Of a DNA stretch of 64,000 nt, positions 30,510-39,656 are shown piece by piece. Positions within the stretch are counted from its first letter, which is position 1. Every line of letters begins with the position of its first letter. Both the position numbers and the translations under genes were made by a program. Source of the stretch: an uncultured Algimonas sp. (GTDB taxonomy: Bacteria; Pseudomonadota; Alphaproteobacteria; Caulobacterales; Maricaulaceae); contig CAZMEN010000001.1 in NCBI GenBank assembly GCA_964565335.1, positions 43,398 through 107,397 on the forward strand, in the 5' to 3' direction. The notes below the pieces were generated by a model, which was not told the origin of the DNA, ran no database searches, and saw only the letters and a program-made list of their open reading frames with translations.

Positions 30510-31328
30510 TTAGAAGCGGCGGTTATAAGCGAGTGCAACTGATTCAGCCGCCTTATAATCAATAGCATTGATTGTGTCGCCATACTCATAACGTGTGTAA
30601 TCCAAACGGACAGAGTCGCGGTCATTCAATCTGTATTCACCGCCGCCGCCATAAGCAAAGCCGTCAACCGTGTCTGAAGCAAATGTTGTCGTTGCGCCAT
30701 TACGGACTTTTGAATCAATGTTCGTAAAGTGATAACCACCCCGTGCATGAACAGAGAACTTGTTACCGACAGGCAAACGGGCAACAGCAAAAGCTGCGGC
30801 TGAATAGTCTTGACCGCCTGTCACTTCGTTTGCGCCTCGATCAAAATCTTGATCTTTGAAACCGATAGTGCCTTCTAATTCAGCGCCCAAAATACCAGCT
30901 GTCTGATAACCAACACGTCCGACAACGCCGTAACCGCCATCATCAACATCATAATTGATTAGGCCAATGTTTCCGTATTTATAACCGGGACGCATAGGTC
31001 TGTGCATACCGCGTAAGCCGTGGTTACCATGATTTCCAGCGTAATATGCGCCTTGAGTACCATGATTACCTTGTGTGTGATAAGACACACTTGGTGTAGG
31101 CGTCGCAACGTGATGTGATGTTGTGTGACCTGTACCGTGATAAGATGTTGATCCAGTTGTTCCGTGAACGGGCTCGGAATATCCTGTGTCAGCTACAGAA
31201 TAAGCATAAGATGAACCACAAGAATTATGACAGCTATCATGTGATGATAGGTCGTAACCCTCGCCGCCCGTTAAAAATGAACAACCTGACAATGCCACAA
31301 TTGGCACCGCTAAAAATAAATGACGCAT
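30510..31328 (-). CDS. Outer-membrane beta-barrel protein with lipobox and His-rich linker (copy 1)
   Basis: VALSGC lipobox; His/Gly/Ser/Thr-rich segment; amphipathic strands ending YNRRF. Start set by analogy with copy 2. Confidence 0.8.
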   Translation of the reverse strand: MRHLFLAVPIVALSGCSFLTGGEGYDLSSHDSCHNSCGSSYAYSVADTGYSEPVHGTTGSTSYHGTGHTTSHHVATPTPSVSYHTQGNHGTQGAYYAGNHGNHGLRGMHRPMRPGYKYGNIGLINYDVDDGGYGVVGRVGYQTAGILGAELEGTIGFKDQDFDRGANEVTGGQDYSAAAFAVARLPVGNKFSVHARGGYHFTNIDSKVRNGATTTFASDTVDGFAYGGGGEYRLNDRDSVRLDYTRYEYGDTINAIDYKAAESVALAYNRRF

Positions 31329-31925
31329 AAGCCCCAAACTCCCTAAGATATAATATTTTTGATAGGTGGGTGTTATGCCAAAATACTTAAAAATACCTGA
31401 GAACGGCGTTAACCGACTGATAAGTATAACTATTAGGAAGTATCTCTGTTTTCTTGAATTACGATCTCAATAAAGAATTCTATCTCAAACCGAGAAACCC
31501 CCATGAAACTGTGCATCTCTGTCTTGTGAATATGACCCATCACCTCTTGAGCAAGCGTCGCGAGGTCCAATAGTTTTGTTAAGGTTTACCGAAAATGAGA
31601 TTATCTCTGTAAACAGAGAAACATTTTTTGTTCGGCTATTCACGCGAAAATCGGGCTAGCAATAGCAAAAAAATTACTGCTAATGGAGTTGAAGTGGCAA
31701 TCGCGGCCAAAGCGCCAGAATGCTGTACCAACTTAATACATACACTTTATACCTCTGCAAAAGAATTGCGGGAGAAGGCGAACGCGCCCTAACAAAGCAT
31801 TCCGGATGCAGCTTATTTCGTCTTGACATACGCTTAAGAAAAGCTGCTCAAAGAATTTCTTATCGATGTGATCGTCCTTGAAGACAATGGAACAGAGGCG
31901 TTTTCAATGTCCGCCCAATTAGAAT

Positions 31926-31957
31926 AGCAGGGGCCTTTTTAAAAAGAGGTCCCTGCT
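31926..31957. terminator. Hairpin, possible intrinsic terminator
   Basis: AGCAGGGGCCTTTTT/AAAAAGAGGTCCCTGCT inverted repeat about 30 nt after the copy-2 stop; U tails are short on both strands. Confidence 0.5.
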
Positions 31958-31985
31958 TTCAGATTAGAGTATCGTCAATGCGCGT

Positions 31986-32810
31986 TTAGAAGCGACGATT
32001 ATAGGCGAGTGAAACTGAGTCAGCCGCGTCGATACCTAATGAGTTGCCTAACTCATAACGTGTGTAATCCAAACGTACCGAGTCACGTTCGCTCACCTTG
32101 TACTCACCCCCAACGCCATAGGCGAAGTCGTCAACTGTATCTGACGCGATCAGTGTTCCGGGACCAAAGTCGATTTCGGCATCAACGTCAGCGACGTGAT
32201 AACCACCACGTGCATGGACAGAGAATTTATCGCCGATCGGCATACGGGCTACAGCGAACGCACCGCCAGAGTAGTCTAGACCACCCGATACTGCTGTTCC
32301 GCCGATTGCAAAAGAATCGTTTTTAAGGCCAAGATTGCCTTCAACTTCTGCACCCAAAATACCGGCTGACTGATAACCAACACGGCCGACAAGGCCTACG
32401 CTCTCGATATCCTCAGGACCAACATCAACAGAATAGTAATTCAGACCCAAGTTACCGTAAGCATAACCTTTGCGCTTTGGCTTATGCATGCCACGAAGAC
32501 CGTGATATCCGCCATGTTGCCCGCCCTGAACGCCATGATTGGCTGGTGTGTGATAGGTTACGCTTGGTGACGTTGTCGTTAACGTTGTTGAACCCGAATG
32601 GCTCATTGAATGACCAGAATGGTTTGCCGAACCATATGCCGTAGCACTTGGTGTCGTGTAAACAGGTTCATTGTAACTAGAATGCGCTACAGAATGAGAA
32701 GAATGTCCATAACCATCATGATATGAAGAATGTCCATAACCATCGCCGCCCGTTAGAAACGAACAACCCGAAAGTGCCACGATCGGCACTGCTAAAAATA
32801 AATGACGCAT
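31986..32810 (-). CDS. Outer-membrane beta-barrel protein with lipobox and His-rich linker (copy 2)
   Basis: Same N-terminus MRHLFLAVPIVALSGCSFLTGG and C-terminus SLAYNRRF as copy 1. Confidence 0.8.
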   Translation of the reverse strand: MRHLFLAVPIVALSGCSFLTGGDGYGHSSYHDGYGHSSHSVAHSSYNEPVYTTPSATAYGSANHSGHSMSHSGSTTLTTTSPSVTYHTPANHGVQGGQHGGYHGLRGMHKPKRKGYAYGNLGLNYYSVDVGPEDIESVGLVGRVGYQSAGILGAEVEGNLGLKNDSFAIGGTAVSGGLDYSGGAFAVARMPIGDKFSVHARGGYHVADVDAEIDFGPGTLIASDTVDDFAYGVGGEYKVSERDSVRLDYTRYELGNSLGIDAADSVSLAYNRRF

Positions 32811-32847
32811 AAGCCCCTACTCCCTAGATTAAAGATTACATGTAATA

Positions 32848-32863
32848 TGCAGGTCTCATGCCA
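32848..32863 (-). promoter_or_regulatory. Putative sigma54 promoter of beta-barrel copy 2
   Basis: Minus strand reads TGGCAT-GAGAC-CTGCA with exact GG-N10-GC spacing, 38 nt upstream of the ATG. Confidence 0.5.
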
Positions 32864-33083
32864 AAACCCCTAAAATGCGTCACATTTGCGTTAACCATTT
32901 GATAACTATAACTTTTAAGGAATACCTTTGAGTTTTGGAATTGAGTCTCGAGTGAGAGTTTCGTACAAAATCGAGACGCCTCCGATAGAGGCATGCAATA
33001 TTGTCGTTAAAACATGAACCATCGTCGCTTGAGCAGCCGTAGGTAAGCCGATAGTTTTAGTAAGATTTACAAAAGGTAGGTAT

Positions 33084-33962
33084 ATGTCTCTCAAAGGAAA
33101 AACAATTTTCATGTCCGGTGGTTCGCGCGGAATCGGTCTGGCCATGGCTAAAAAATGTGCCGAAGACGGGGCCAATGTGGCGATCGCTGCTAAAACAGCA
33201 GAACCTCACCCTAAACTCGAAGGCACTATATATACGGCGGCCCAAGAAATAGTAGATGCTGGGGGACAAGCCCTCCCTGTTATTTGTGATATCCGGGATG
33301 AGAAGACCGTTGAAGACGCTGTCAACGCGTGCGTCGACAAATTTGGCGGCATTGATATCTGCATTAACAATGCCTCTGCCATTTCACTTACGCCCACATT
33401 GGGCACGCCAATGAAGCGCTATGACCTGATGAACCAAGTTAATGCGCGTGGAACATTTTTAGTCTCTCAAAAATGCCTGCCGCATTTAAAGAAATCAGAT
33501 AACCCGCATATTCTGAATATCGCGCCGCCACTAGATATGAGTGCGAAGTGGTTCAAGAACCACGTCGCTTATACCATGGCGAAATATGGCATGAGCCTGT
33601 GTACTTTGGGCATGAGCGAAGAGTTTCGCAAAGATGGTATTGCCGTGAACTCACTCTGGCCCATGACGTCGATTGATACGGCGGCTGTTCGAAATGTTTT
33701 AGGCGGTGACAGTATGGCGAAGATGAGCCGAACGCCTCAGATTATGGCGGATGCGGCGTATTGTGTGTTAACACAGCCCTCCAAAGATCTGACCGGACAA
33801 TTTATCATTGATGAATTTATTCTGTCCCAAAATGGGACAGAAGATTTCAGCATTTATAACCAACCCGGCTATGACGGGCCTTTGGCCGCAGACTTTTTCG
33901 TGCCTGATGAATGGCTTTCCAAATCCAAATCCAATGTGATGCAACATCCGGGTTATAAATAA
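33084..33962 (+). CDS. Short-chain dehydrogenase/reductase (HSDL2-like, no SCP2 domain)
   Basis: SGGSRGIG, AAKTAEPHPKLEGTI, NNASAI and YTMAK (YxxxK) motifs. Confidence 0.9.
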   Translation: MSLKGKTIFMSGGSRGIGLAMAKKCAEDGANVAIAAKTAEPHPKLEGTIYTAAQEIVDAGGQALPVICDIRDEKTVEDAVNACVDKFGGIDICINNASAISLTPTLGTPMKRYDLMNQVNARGTFLVSQKCLPHLKKSDNPHILNIAPPLDMSAKWFKNHVAYTMAKYGMSLCTLGMSEEFRKDGIAVNSLWPMTSIDTAAVRNVLGGDSMAKMSRTPQIMADAAYCVLTQPSKDLTGQFIIDEFILSQNGTEDFSIYNQPGYDGPLAADFFVPDEWLSKSKSNVMQHPGYK

Positions 33963-33965
33963 GGT

Positions 33966-34397
33966 ATGAGCTCTTTAGACACCCCCACGTTAAACGCGAC
34001 TGACCCCACACCGGAGCAAATAAAATCCTTTCTGGGTGAGAGCCCAAAAGGCGAACCCGTTTTCATGCTCAACCTTTTGAAATTTAAAGAACGGGCGACA
34101 TATAATGACGGCGAGGATGTCTCTGGCGCCGAAGCCTATGGTCGATATGCCAAAGCGTTTGGCGAAATGCTGAAAGAACTCAATATAGAGGGTGCGGAAA
34201 CCGTTTTTGGCGGAAATATGAACCATGTCCTGATTGGGCAAGGCGATTGGGACGCCGCAGCGATTGTGCGTTACCCTGATGCTCAGACCATGTTTGAGAC
34301 GGTAAGCTCAGACCGCTATCGAAAAATTCATTATCACCGCAAAGCAGGCTTGGCAGGTCAACTGCTGATTAGTTGCGACGCGAGAGGAGTATTTTAA
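33966..34397 (+). CDS. DUF1330-type protein
   Basis: PVFMLNLLKF, GAEAYGRY, WDAAAIVRYP and HRKAGL pattern. Confidence 0.75.
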   Translation: MSSLDTPTLNATDPTPEQIKSFLGESPKGEPVFMLNLLKFKERATYNDGEDVSGAEAYGRYAKAFGEMLKELNIEGAETVFGGNMNHVLIGQGDWDAAAIVRYPDAQTMFETVSSDRYRKIHYHRKAGLAGQLLISCDARGVF

Positions 34398-35482
34398 TGA
34401 ACGAAACATTATTGGTGAATAAATCCGATTTCGCGGATGTGACATTGGTGAAAAAACCCGTAGCCCCGCTGGTAGATGGGTTTATTCGCTGTAAAGTTGG
34501 GCCTTGGGCACTGACGGCCAATAATATCACCTATATGGTGACAGGGCATCAAATTGGATATTGGCATTATTTCGATCCAAATGCTTATGATATGCCGACA
34601 CAGACCGATGGACGTATGCCTGTCTGGGGTTATGCGGAAGTGACGGAGAGCCGGTGCGATGACACAGAGGTGGGGAAAGTGATTTATGGCTTTCTCCCGA
34701 TCACGCAAACATTCGACATAAAGCCCTCGAAAATTTCAAAGTCCGGGTTTGAAGACGGGAATGACCACCGTACCCCGCTTCACAGTATTTATAATCGTTA
34801 CACTTTTGTAGACGCGGATCCGTCTTTTGCGATGCATAAAGACTTACAGCCTGTTCTGCGTCCCCTCTTTACCACCAGCTTCTTGATCGATGACTTTCTG
34901 GAGGAAGAAAATTATTTCGGCGCAGAGCAAGTTCTGATTTTATCCGCGTCATCCAAAACGGCTCTCGGTACAGCATTTTGTGCAAAAGCCCGCGGAGCTG
35001 TCAAAGTCGCGGCCCTCACCTCGGATGGTAATAAAGACTTTACGGTTAAGACTGGTTTTTATGATAGCGTTGATACTTATGATGCGCTGACCAATCTTAA
35101 TCCCGATGTGAAGACGGTCATCGTTGATATGTCAGGCAATACAAAAGTCTTGGCATCACTTATGGAACATTATGAAGAGAACCTCACTTATGTATGCCGT
35201 GTCGGGCTCTCTCACTGGGATGCAGAGAACACCGCGCTCCCTAGGGGTGAAGCGCCTGTGAAATTCTTCTTCGCACCTGACCAAGCCAAGAAACGTATTG
35301 CCGAATGGGGACCAGGGGGTTTTGCGCAAAAAATGGGCGAACGGTGGGTGCCGTTTGTATCGGGCGCGCAAGATTGGCTGAGAATCGAAAAGGCCGAAGG
35401 TGCGAGCACTTTACTGAAAACTTACAAAGATGTTCTGAACGGCGACGCCGCGCCGGATATAGGTTATCTTTTCACACTTTAA
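34397..35482 (+). CDS. DUF2855 family protein
   Basis: ALTANNITY, YWHYF, PVWGYAEV, LRPLFTTSFLIDD and SASSKTALG; TAATG overlap. Confidence 0.82.
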   Translation: MNETLLVNKSDFADVTLVKKPVAPLVDGFIRCKVGPWALTANNITYMVTGHQIGYWHYFDPNAYDMPTQTDGRMPVWGYAEVTESRCDDTEVGKVIYGFLPITQTFDIKPSKISKSGFEDGNDHRTPLHSIYNRYTFVDADPSFAMHKDLQPVLRPLFTTSFLIDDFLEEENYFGAEQVLILSASSKTALGTAFCAKARGAVKVAALTSDGNKDFTVKTGFYDSVDTYDALTNLNPDVKTVIVDMSGNTKVLASLMEHYEENLTYVCRVGLSHWDAENTALPRGEAPVKFFFAPDQAKKRIAEWGPGGFAQKMGERWVPFVSGAQDWLRIEKAEGASTLLKTYKDVLNGDAAPDIGYLFTL

Positions 35483-35524
35483 TTGATCTGTAGCCAACGA
35501 GCCAAAAGATAAAAGGACGCTGCT

Positions 35525-36355
35525 ATGACTTACACATGCTTTGATGTGACTATTGAAAATAAGATCGCTCATGTCGTGATGAAGCGACCTGAAAAACGCA
35601 ACGCCATGATTGCGGAATTTTGGACGGAACTTCCCGAGATCATTCGCGACATCGATGACAACTCCAAAGCGCGCGTTATTGTCTTATCCTCAACAGGCCC
35701 CGTCTTTTCCGCTGGAATTGACCTTAGTATGTTTGCACAAGGCGACGGTATAAGCGGTGATAAAAATGTGCCGACACATGGCGCAGCGTTTTTGCAACAA
35801 GTGCTCCGTCTACAAGACAGTTTCAACGCCATTGAAGACTGCCGTATTCCAGTGCTCGCCGCCATTCAAGGCGGCTGTTATGGCGGCGGTGTTGACCTCA
35901 TCACGGCCTGCGACATGCGTTACGGCACAGAAGATAGCTTTATCACAATCTACGAAATCATTGTCGGCATGACGGCCGATGTCGGGACCTTTCCGCGGAT
36001 CTTAAATCACTTACCGGAAGGTCTGGTACGGGAGCTGGCATATACAGGGCGCAAAATGCATTCCGCTGAAGCACACGAGCAAGGCCTGTTCAATGCTGTG
36101 TATAAAGACCAAGGCAGCATGATGGCAGCCGTTATGGACATCGCCAAAGACATCGCGGCAAAACCGCCCCTCGCCGTTTATGGCTGCAAACGCGCCATTA
36201 CTTATGGCCGTGATCACACAACCAAGGACGCCCTAGAGAACATCGCTATTTGGAATATGTCCATGCTTATCCCGTCTGAAATGATGGAAGCCATGCAAGC
36301 AAAGGGACAAAAGCGGGATGGTAAATTCGCGGATTTGCCTAAAAAAATACCTTGA
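35525..36355 (+). CDS. Enoyl-CoA hydratase/isomerase (crotonase) family protein
   Basis: FSAGIDL, GCYGGGVDL and ADVGTFPR motifs. Confidence 0.9.
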   Translation: MTYTCFDVTIENKIAHVVMKRPEKRNAMIAEFWTELPEIIRDIDDNSKARVIVLSSTGPVFSAGIDLSMFAQGDGISGDKNVPTHGAAFLQQVLRLQDSFNAIEDCRIPVLAAIQGGCYGGGVDLITACDMRYGTEDSFITIYEIIVGMTADVGTFPRILNHLPEGLVRELAYTGRKMHSAEAHEQGLFNAVYKDQGSMMAAVMDIAKDIAAKPPLAVYGCKRAITYGRDHTTKDALENIAIWNMSMLIPSEMMEAMQAKGQKRDGKFADLPKKIP

Positions 36356-36470
36356 TACACACCAAGTCCAAATGAATCGGGCTCGACACATATGGCATTA
36401 AGCCACACTATCGAACCCGATATTTGCGCCCCGAAATAGGGGGAGTTAGGGGAGTCCTAACTATCAAAAG
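36341..36470 (-). ncRNA. Candidate small RNA divergent from araC
   Basis: A 46-nt hairpin (36376-36421) pairs fully only on the minus strand (4 G-U pairs versus 4 A-C mismatches on plus), with further hairpins and a stem plus U7 at 36341-36366. Ends are approximate. Confidence 0.45.
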
Positions 36471-36483
36471 GAAACCCTGACGG

Positions 36484-36557
36484 CTTGTCATTATTAAAAA
36501 ATTGACTTGTCATTTTATGCAACCTACTTGTCATTTTATGAAAAAAGTCTTGTCATT
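36484..36557. repeat. Four phased direct repeats CTTGTCATT (putative AraC-family binding array)
   Basis: Copies start at 36484, 36506, 36527 and 36549 (spacing 22, 21, 22); a partial CTTG lies at 36573. Confidence 0.85.
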
Positions 36558-36608
36558 TTTTTATCATAAAGACTTGCGCCTATTTTCAGCTATTTCGGCG
36601 AATCGTAG

Positions 36609-37643
36609 ATGAGCTCAGTCGAAAATATGACCATGGCCTCTCAGTATTTAGAGGCGCAAATAAAAACATTGAACAGCTTGGGATTCGCAACGTCCAAGAG
36701 TTTGGATGTGTTGGAAATTACGGACTCTCAACTGGCTGATAAATATGCTCGCTTTGACGTCGCAACGCTGATTCCTCTATATGAAGCTGCTGCAAGGGCG
36801 CTCAGCAATCCCAGCATCAGCCTAGAGACTGGCTTTCAATTCCGAGTCTCAACCTTTCAAAAGACAGGTAATATTTACACAGTGTGCGATAATATTCGCC
36901 AAGTTGTAGAGATGAACAGACGTTATCAACGGGTCGCAATTTATGCTGGTGATGTGAGTTTAATAGAGGACAAAAATCCACCTCGACCTTATTTGAATTT
37001 CGAACCCTTTTATTCCAACTTGGAAAATAGCCATCATATCACGAATTTAATCTTCGGGGCCTATGGCTCCGCCTTTCGCTGGTTAAATTGGGGTACCGGC
37101 AAAGGTTTGAAACATATCTGGTTAAAGCAAGCGCCGCCAGAAAGCACCGGCGTATATAAAGAAGTTTTCGATTGCCCTGTGACCTTCTCTGCTCCCTATA
37201 ATCGCCTCGAATTCTTCCCAGAGCATATTGATCTGGAGTTTCCAACTCGTAACCGCGTTAAACGCGCCCAATTTGAGGCTCAGTTAGATCATGTCCTCAA
37301 AGCTGCATCGAAATCAGACAGCTTTCTTATGGCTGCGCAACTGATATTGGATAAACTATTAAAAGAAGGCCGCGTGAATTTTTCTGATTTTTCAGCGGCC
37401 ATAGGTATGAGCGAGCCGAAAGTCAGAAAGAGCTTTAAATCAGCTGAAACAAATTTCCGAAAGCAACTCGAGTTAGCCCGTATCAGAAATTTCAAATCCT
37501 TGATTGCTGAAGGCAATAATTACGCGGTTATCGCACAAAAGCTCTGTTACAATGACCAAGCCGCTTTCTCGCGTGCCTTTAAACGGTGGTATGGGGTCGC
37601 CCCTGGAGACTGGACCGAAGATTTGCCGCTTAAGTCAGTTTAA
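36609..37643 (+). CDS. AraC-family transcriptional regulator (OruR/Arabinose_bd_2-like N-domain)
   Basis: C-terminal IAQKLCYNDQAAFSRAFKRWYGVAP HTH; about 340-aa length; VFDCPVTF motif. Confidence 0.88.
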   Translation: MSSVENMTMASQYLEAQIKTLNSLGFATSKSLDVLEITDSQLADKYARFDVATLIPLYEAAARALSNPSISLETGFQFRVSTFQKTGNIYTVCDNIRQVVEMNRRYQRVAIYAGDVSLIEDKNPPRPYLNFEPFYSNLENSHHITNLIFGAYGSAFRWLNWGTGKGLKHIWLKQAPPESTGVYKEVFDCPVTFSAPYNRLEFFPEHIDLEFPTRNRVKRAQFEAQLDHVLKAASKSDSFLMAAQLILDKLLKEGRVNFSDFSAAIGMSEPKVRKSFKSAETNFRKQLELARIRNFKSLIAEGNNYAVIAQKLCYNDQAAFSRAFKRWYGVAPGDWTEDLPLKSV

Positions 37644-37734
37644 ACGGCCCTTGAACCAAACATCTTAAACATGATTAAAACCTGCCAATTCTATGGCCTA
37701 ATTTAATGACCCTATATTGTTAAATGCAGTCATT

Positions 37735-37772
37735 AAAAAACCCCGCATAGCGTTGGCCATGCGGGGTTTTTT
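37735..37772. terminator. Bidirectional intrinsic terminator
   Basis: AAAAAA-CCCCGCAT-loop-ATGCGGGG-TTTTTT between the convergent araC and etfA genes. Confidence 0.9.
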
Positions 37773-37793
37773 ATTCTTAGCTAAACTTTAAAC

Positions 37794-38735
37794 TTAGTAT
37801 CCAGCTTTGCTCAATTCTGCTTCTAGCTCAGGAAGAGCCTTGAATAAATCGGCGACCAATCCGTAATCCGAAACGGTGAAAATCGGGGCGTCTTCGTCTT
37901 TATTAATGGCGACGATGACTTTTGAGTCCTTCATGCCAGCCAAATGTTGGATGGCGCCGGAAATACCAACGGCGATATAAAGCTCAGGCGCTACGGCTTT
38001 ACCTGTCTGGCCGACTTGCCAATCATTGGGCACAAAGCCCGCATCGACAGCCGCGCGCGACGCACCCATGGCTGCGCCAAGTTTGTCGGCAATGCCTTCA
38101 ATGAGTTTGAAATTCTCGCCAGAGCCCATGCCGCGGCCGCCGGAAATGACAGTCTTAGCCGCGGTCAGCTCAGGGCGATCAGACTTTGAAAGCTCCTCAC
38201 CGATATATTCCGATTTGAACGGCCCTTTAGGGTCGGCCAAAACCTTATCTGACGCTGAGCCGCCCTCGCCTGCCGCCGCAAAAGCCGTGGTGCGAACCGT
38301 GATGCATTTTTTGGCGTCCGTTGATTGAACCGTCGCCATGGCGTTACCCGCATAAATCGGGCGTACAAATGTATCGGCGCTTTCAACACCGGTAATAGAA
38401 GAAATTTGCTGCACGTCGAGCTTCGCTGCGACACGCGGCATGTAATTTTTATGCGATGTCGTATCTGGCGCTAAAACGGCATCATAATCGGCCATCAAAG
38501 GCACGACCACTTGCTCCATGCTTTCGGCCAATTGACGGCGAAGGCTCTCGTGATCCACGCCTAATACGGCGCGAACGCCCTCTATCTTAACGGCCTGGGC
38601 CATGACGTCTTTGACGCCCTTACCGGCTACAAGGACGTCCACATCTCCGCCCATCGCCAAAGCCGCCGTCACAGTTTTATGTGTGGCGTCTTTCAGATTT
38701 TCATTATCATGTTCTGCTACAACAAGGATCGCCAT
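37794..38735 (-). CDS. etfA: Electron transfer flavoprotein alpha subunit
   Basis: [24 protein letters not shown] and [15 protein letters not shown] motifs. Confidence 0.97.
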   Translation of the reverse strand: MAILVVAEHDNENLKDATHKTVTAALAMGGDVDVLVAGKGVKDVMAQAVKIEGVRAVLGVDHESLRRQLAESMEQVVVPLMADYDAVLAPDTTSHKNYMPRVAAKLDVQQISSITGVESADTFVRPIYAGNAMATVQSTDAKKCITVRTTAFAAAGEGGSASDKVLADPKGPFKSEYIGEELSKSDRPELTAAKTVISGGRGMGSGENFKLIEGIADKLGAAMGASRAAVDAGFVPNDWQVGQTGKAVAPELYIAVGISGAIQHLAGMKDSKVIVAINKDEDAPIFTVSDYGLVADLFKALPELEAELSKAGY

Positions 38736-39484
38736 TAGATCACTCCCGCTTCATTTTTCAACTTGTCGACCAATGTGGCGACATCTTCGACGATAATGCC
38801 CGCTTCACGCGCAGCAGGCTCTGTGACTTTTAATGTCTTCAAGCGCGACGTTGTATCAACACCGAAATCTGCCGGTGTTTTGGCATCAATTGTCTTGCGC
38901 TTAGCTTTCATAATATTTGGCAAAGACGCATAGCGCGGCTCGTTCAAACGTAAATCGGTTGTCACAACAGCCGGCAATGTCAATTTGACAGTTTGCAGGC
39001 CGCCATCAACTTCTTTGATAACTGTCAGGCTGTCACCATCTTTAGACATAGAATTTGCAGCTGAACCGATGGGCCATCCCATTAGCGCGGCAAACATACC
39101 GCCCGTTGTCCCGTGGTCATTATCAATGGCCTGCTTGCCGAGTACAACCAGTTCTGGACTTTCTTCATCCGAGATTGCTTTCAAAATCTTGGCGATGGCA
39201 AGAGGCTCTAGATCATCGTCGGTTTGAACGTGAATGCCGCGGTCTATACCCATGGCAAGCGCCGTGCGAATAGTTTCTTGCGCTTTAGCAGGGCCGACAG
39301 AGACAACAATCGTCTCAGACGCGGTTCCGGCCTCCTGAAGACGAACGGCTTCTTCAACAGCAATCTCATCGAAGGGGTTCATCGACATTTTCACATTGGA
39401 AAGATCAACACCGGATTGGTCGGATTTCACCCGCGCTTTCACATTATAGTCAAGCACTCGCTTGACGGGGACAAGGACTTTCAT
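38735..39484 (-). CDS. etfB: Electron transfer flavoprotein beta subunit
   Basis: [28 protein letters not shown] and [18 protein letters not shown] motifs. Confidence 0.97.
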   Translation of the reverse strand: MKVLVPVKRVLDYNVKARVKSDQSGVDLSNVKMSMNPFDEIAVEEAVRLQEAGTASETIVVSVGPAKAQETIRTALAMGIDRGIHVQTDDDLEPLAIAKILKAISDEESPELVVLGKQAIDNDHGTTGGMFAALMGWPIGSAANSMSKDGDSLTVIKEVDGGLQTVKLTLPAVVTTDLRLNEPRYASLPNIMKAKRKTIDAKTPADFGVDTTSRLKTLKVTEPAAREAGIIVEDVATLVDKLKNEAGVI

Positions 39485-39656
39485 TCAGCAACTCCTAAGA
39501 TTTCACCTCATGAGATTTCACCAAAAAGCGAGTCTCACCGGTAATTCATGGCCTTCAAATTAATATTATTCTGAACCGTATATGCGTTAGGTAGGACATG
39601 ATTTCAAGCAAAGCCCCTGCGCAGAATCGCCGCAAAAACGTAGAACGGGGTAATAT

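Noticed and set aside
31433-31570. 45-codon minus-strand ORF (MDLATLAQEVMGH...)
   Set aside because: No SD or recognisable motif, and its 3' end lies in non-coding sequence shared with the copy-2 promoter region.
36214-36408. 64-aa minus-strand ORF as the divergent AraC target
   Set aside because: It is mostly antisense to the crotonase CDS, has no SD and starts inside the structured hairpin.
36409-36419. tRNA fragment (GGGTTCGA, T-loop-like)
   Set aside because: No cloverleaf, D-arm or acceptor stem; the motif is part of a long simple hairpin.
36484-36580. CRISPR array or plasmid iterons
   Set aside because: The units are only 9-15 bp at a 21-22 bp period, with no room for unique 30-bp spacers and no cas or rep gene nearby; a transcription-factor binding array fits better.
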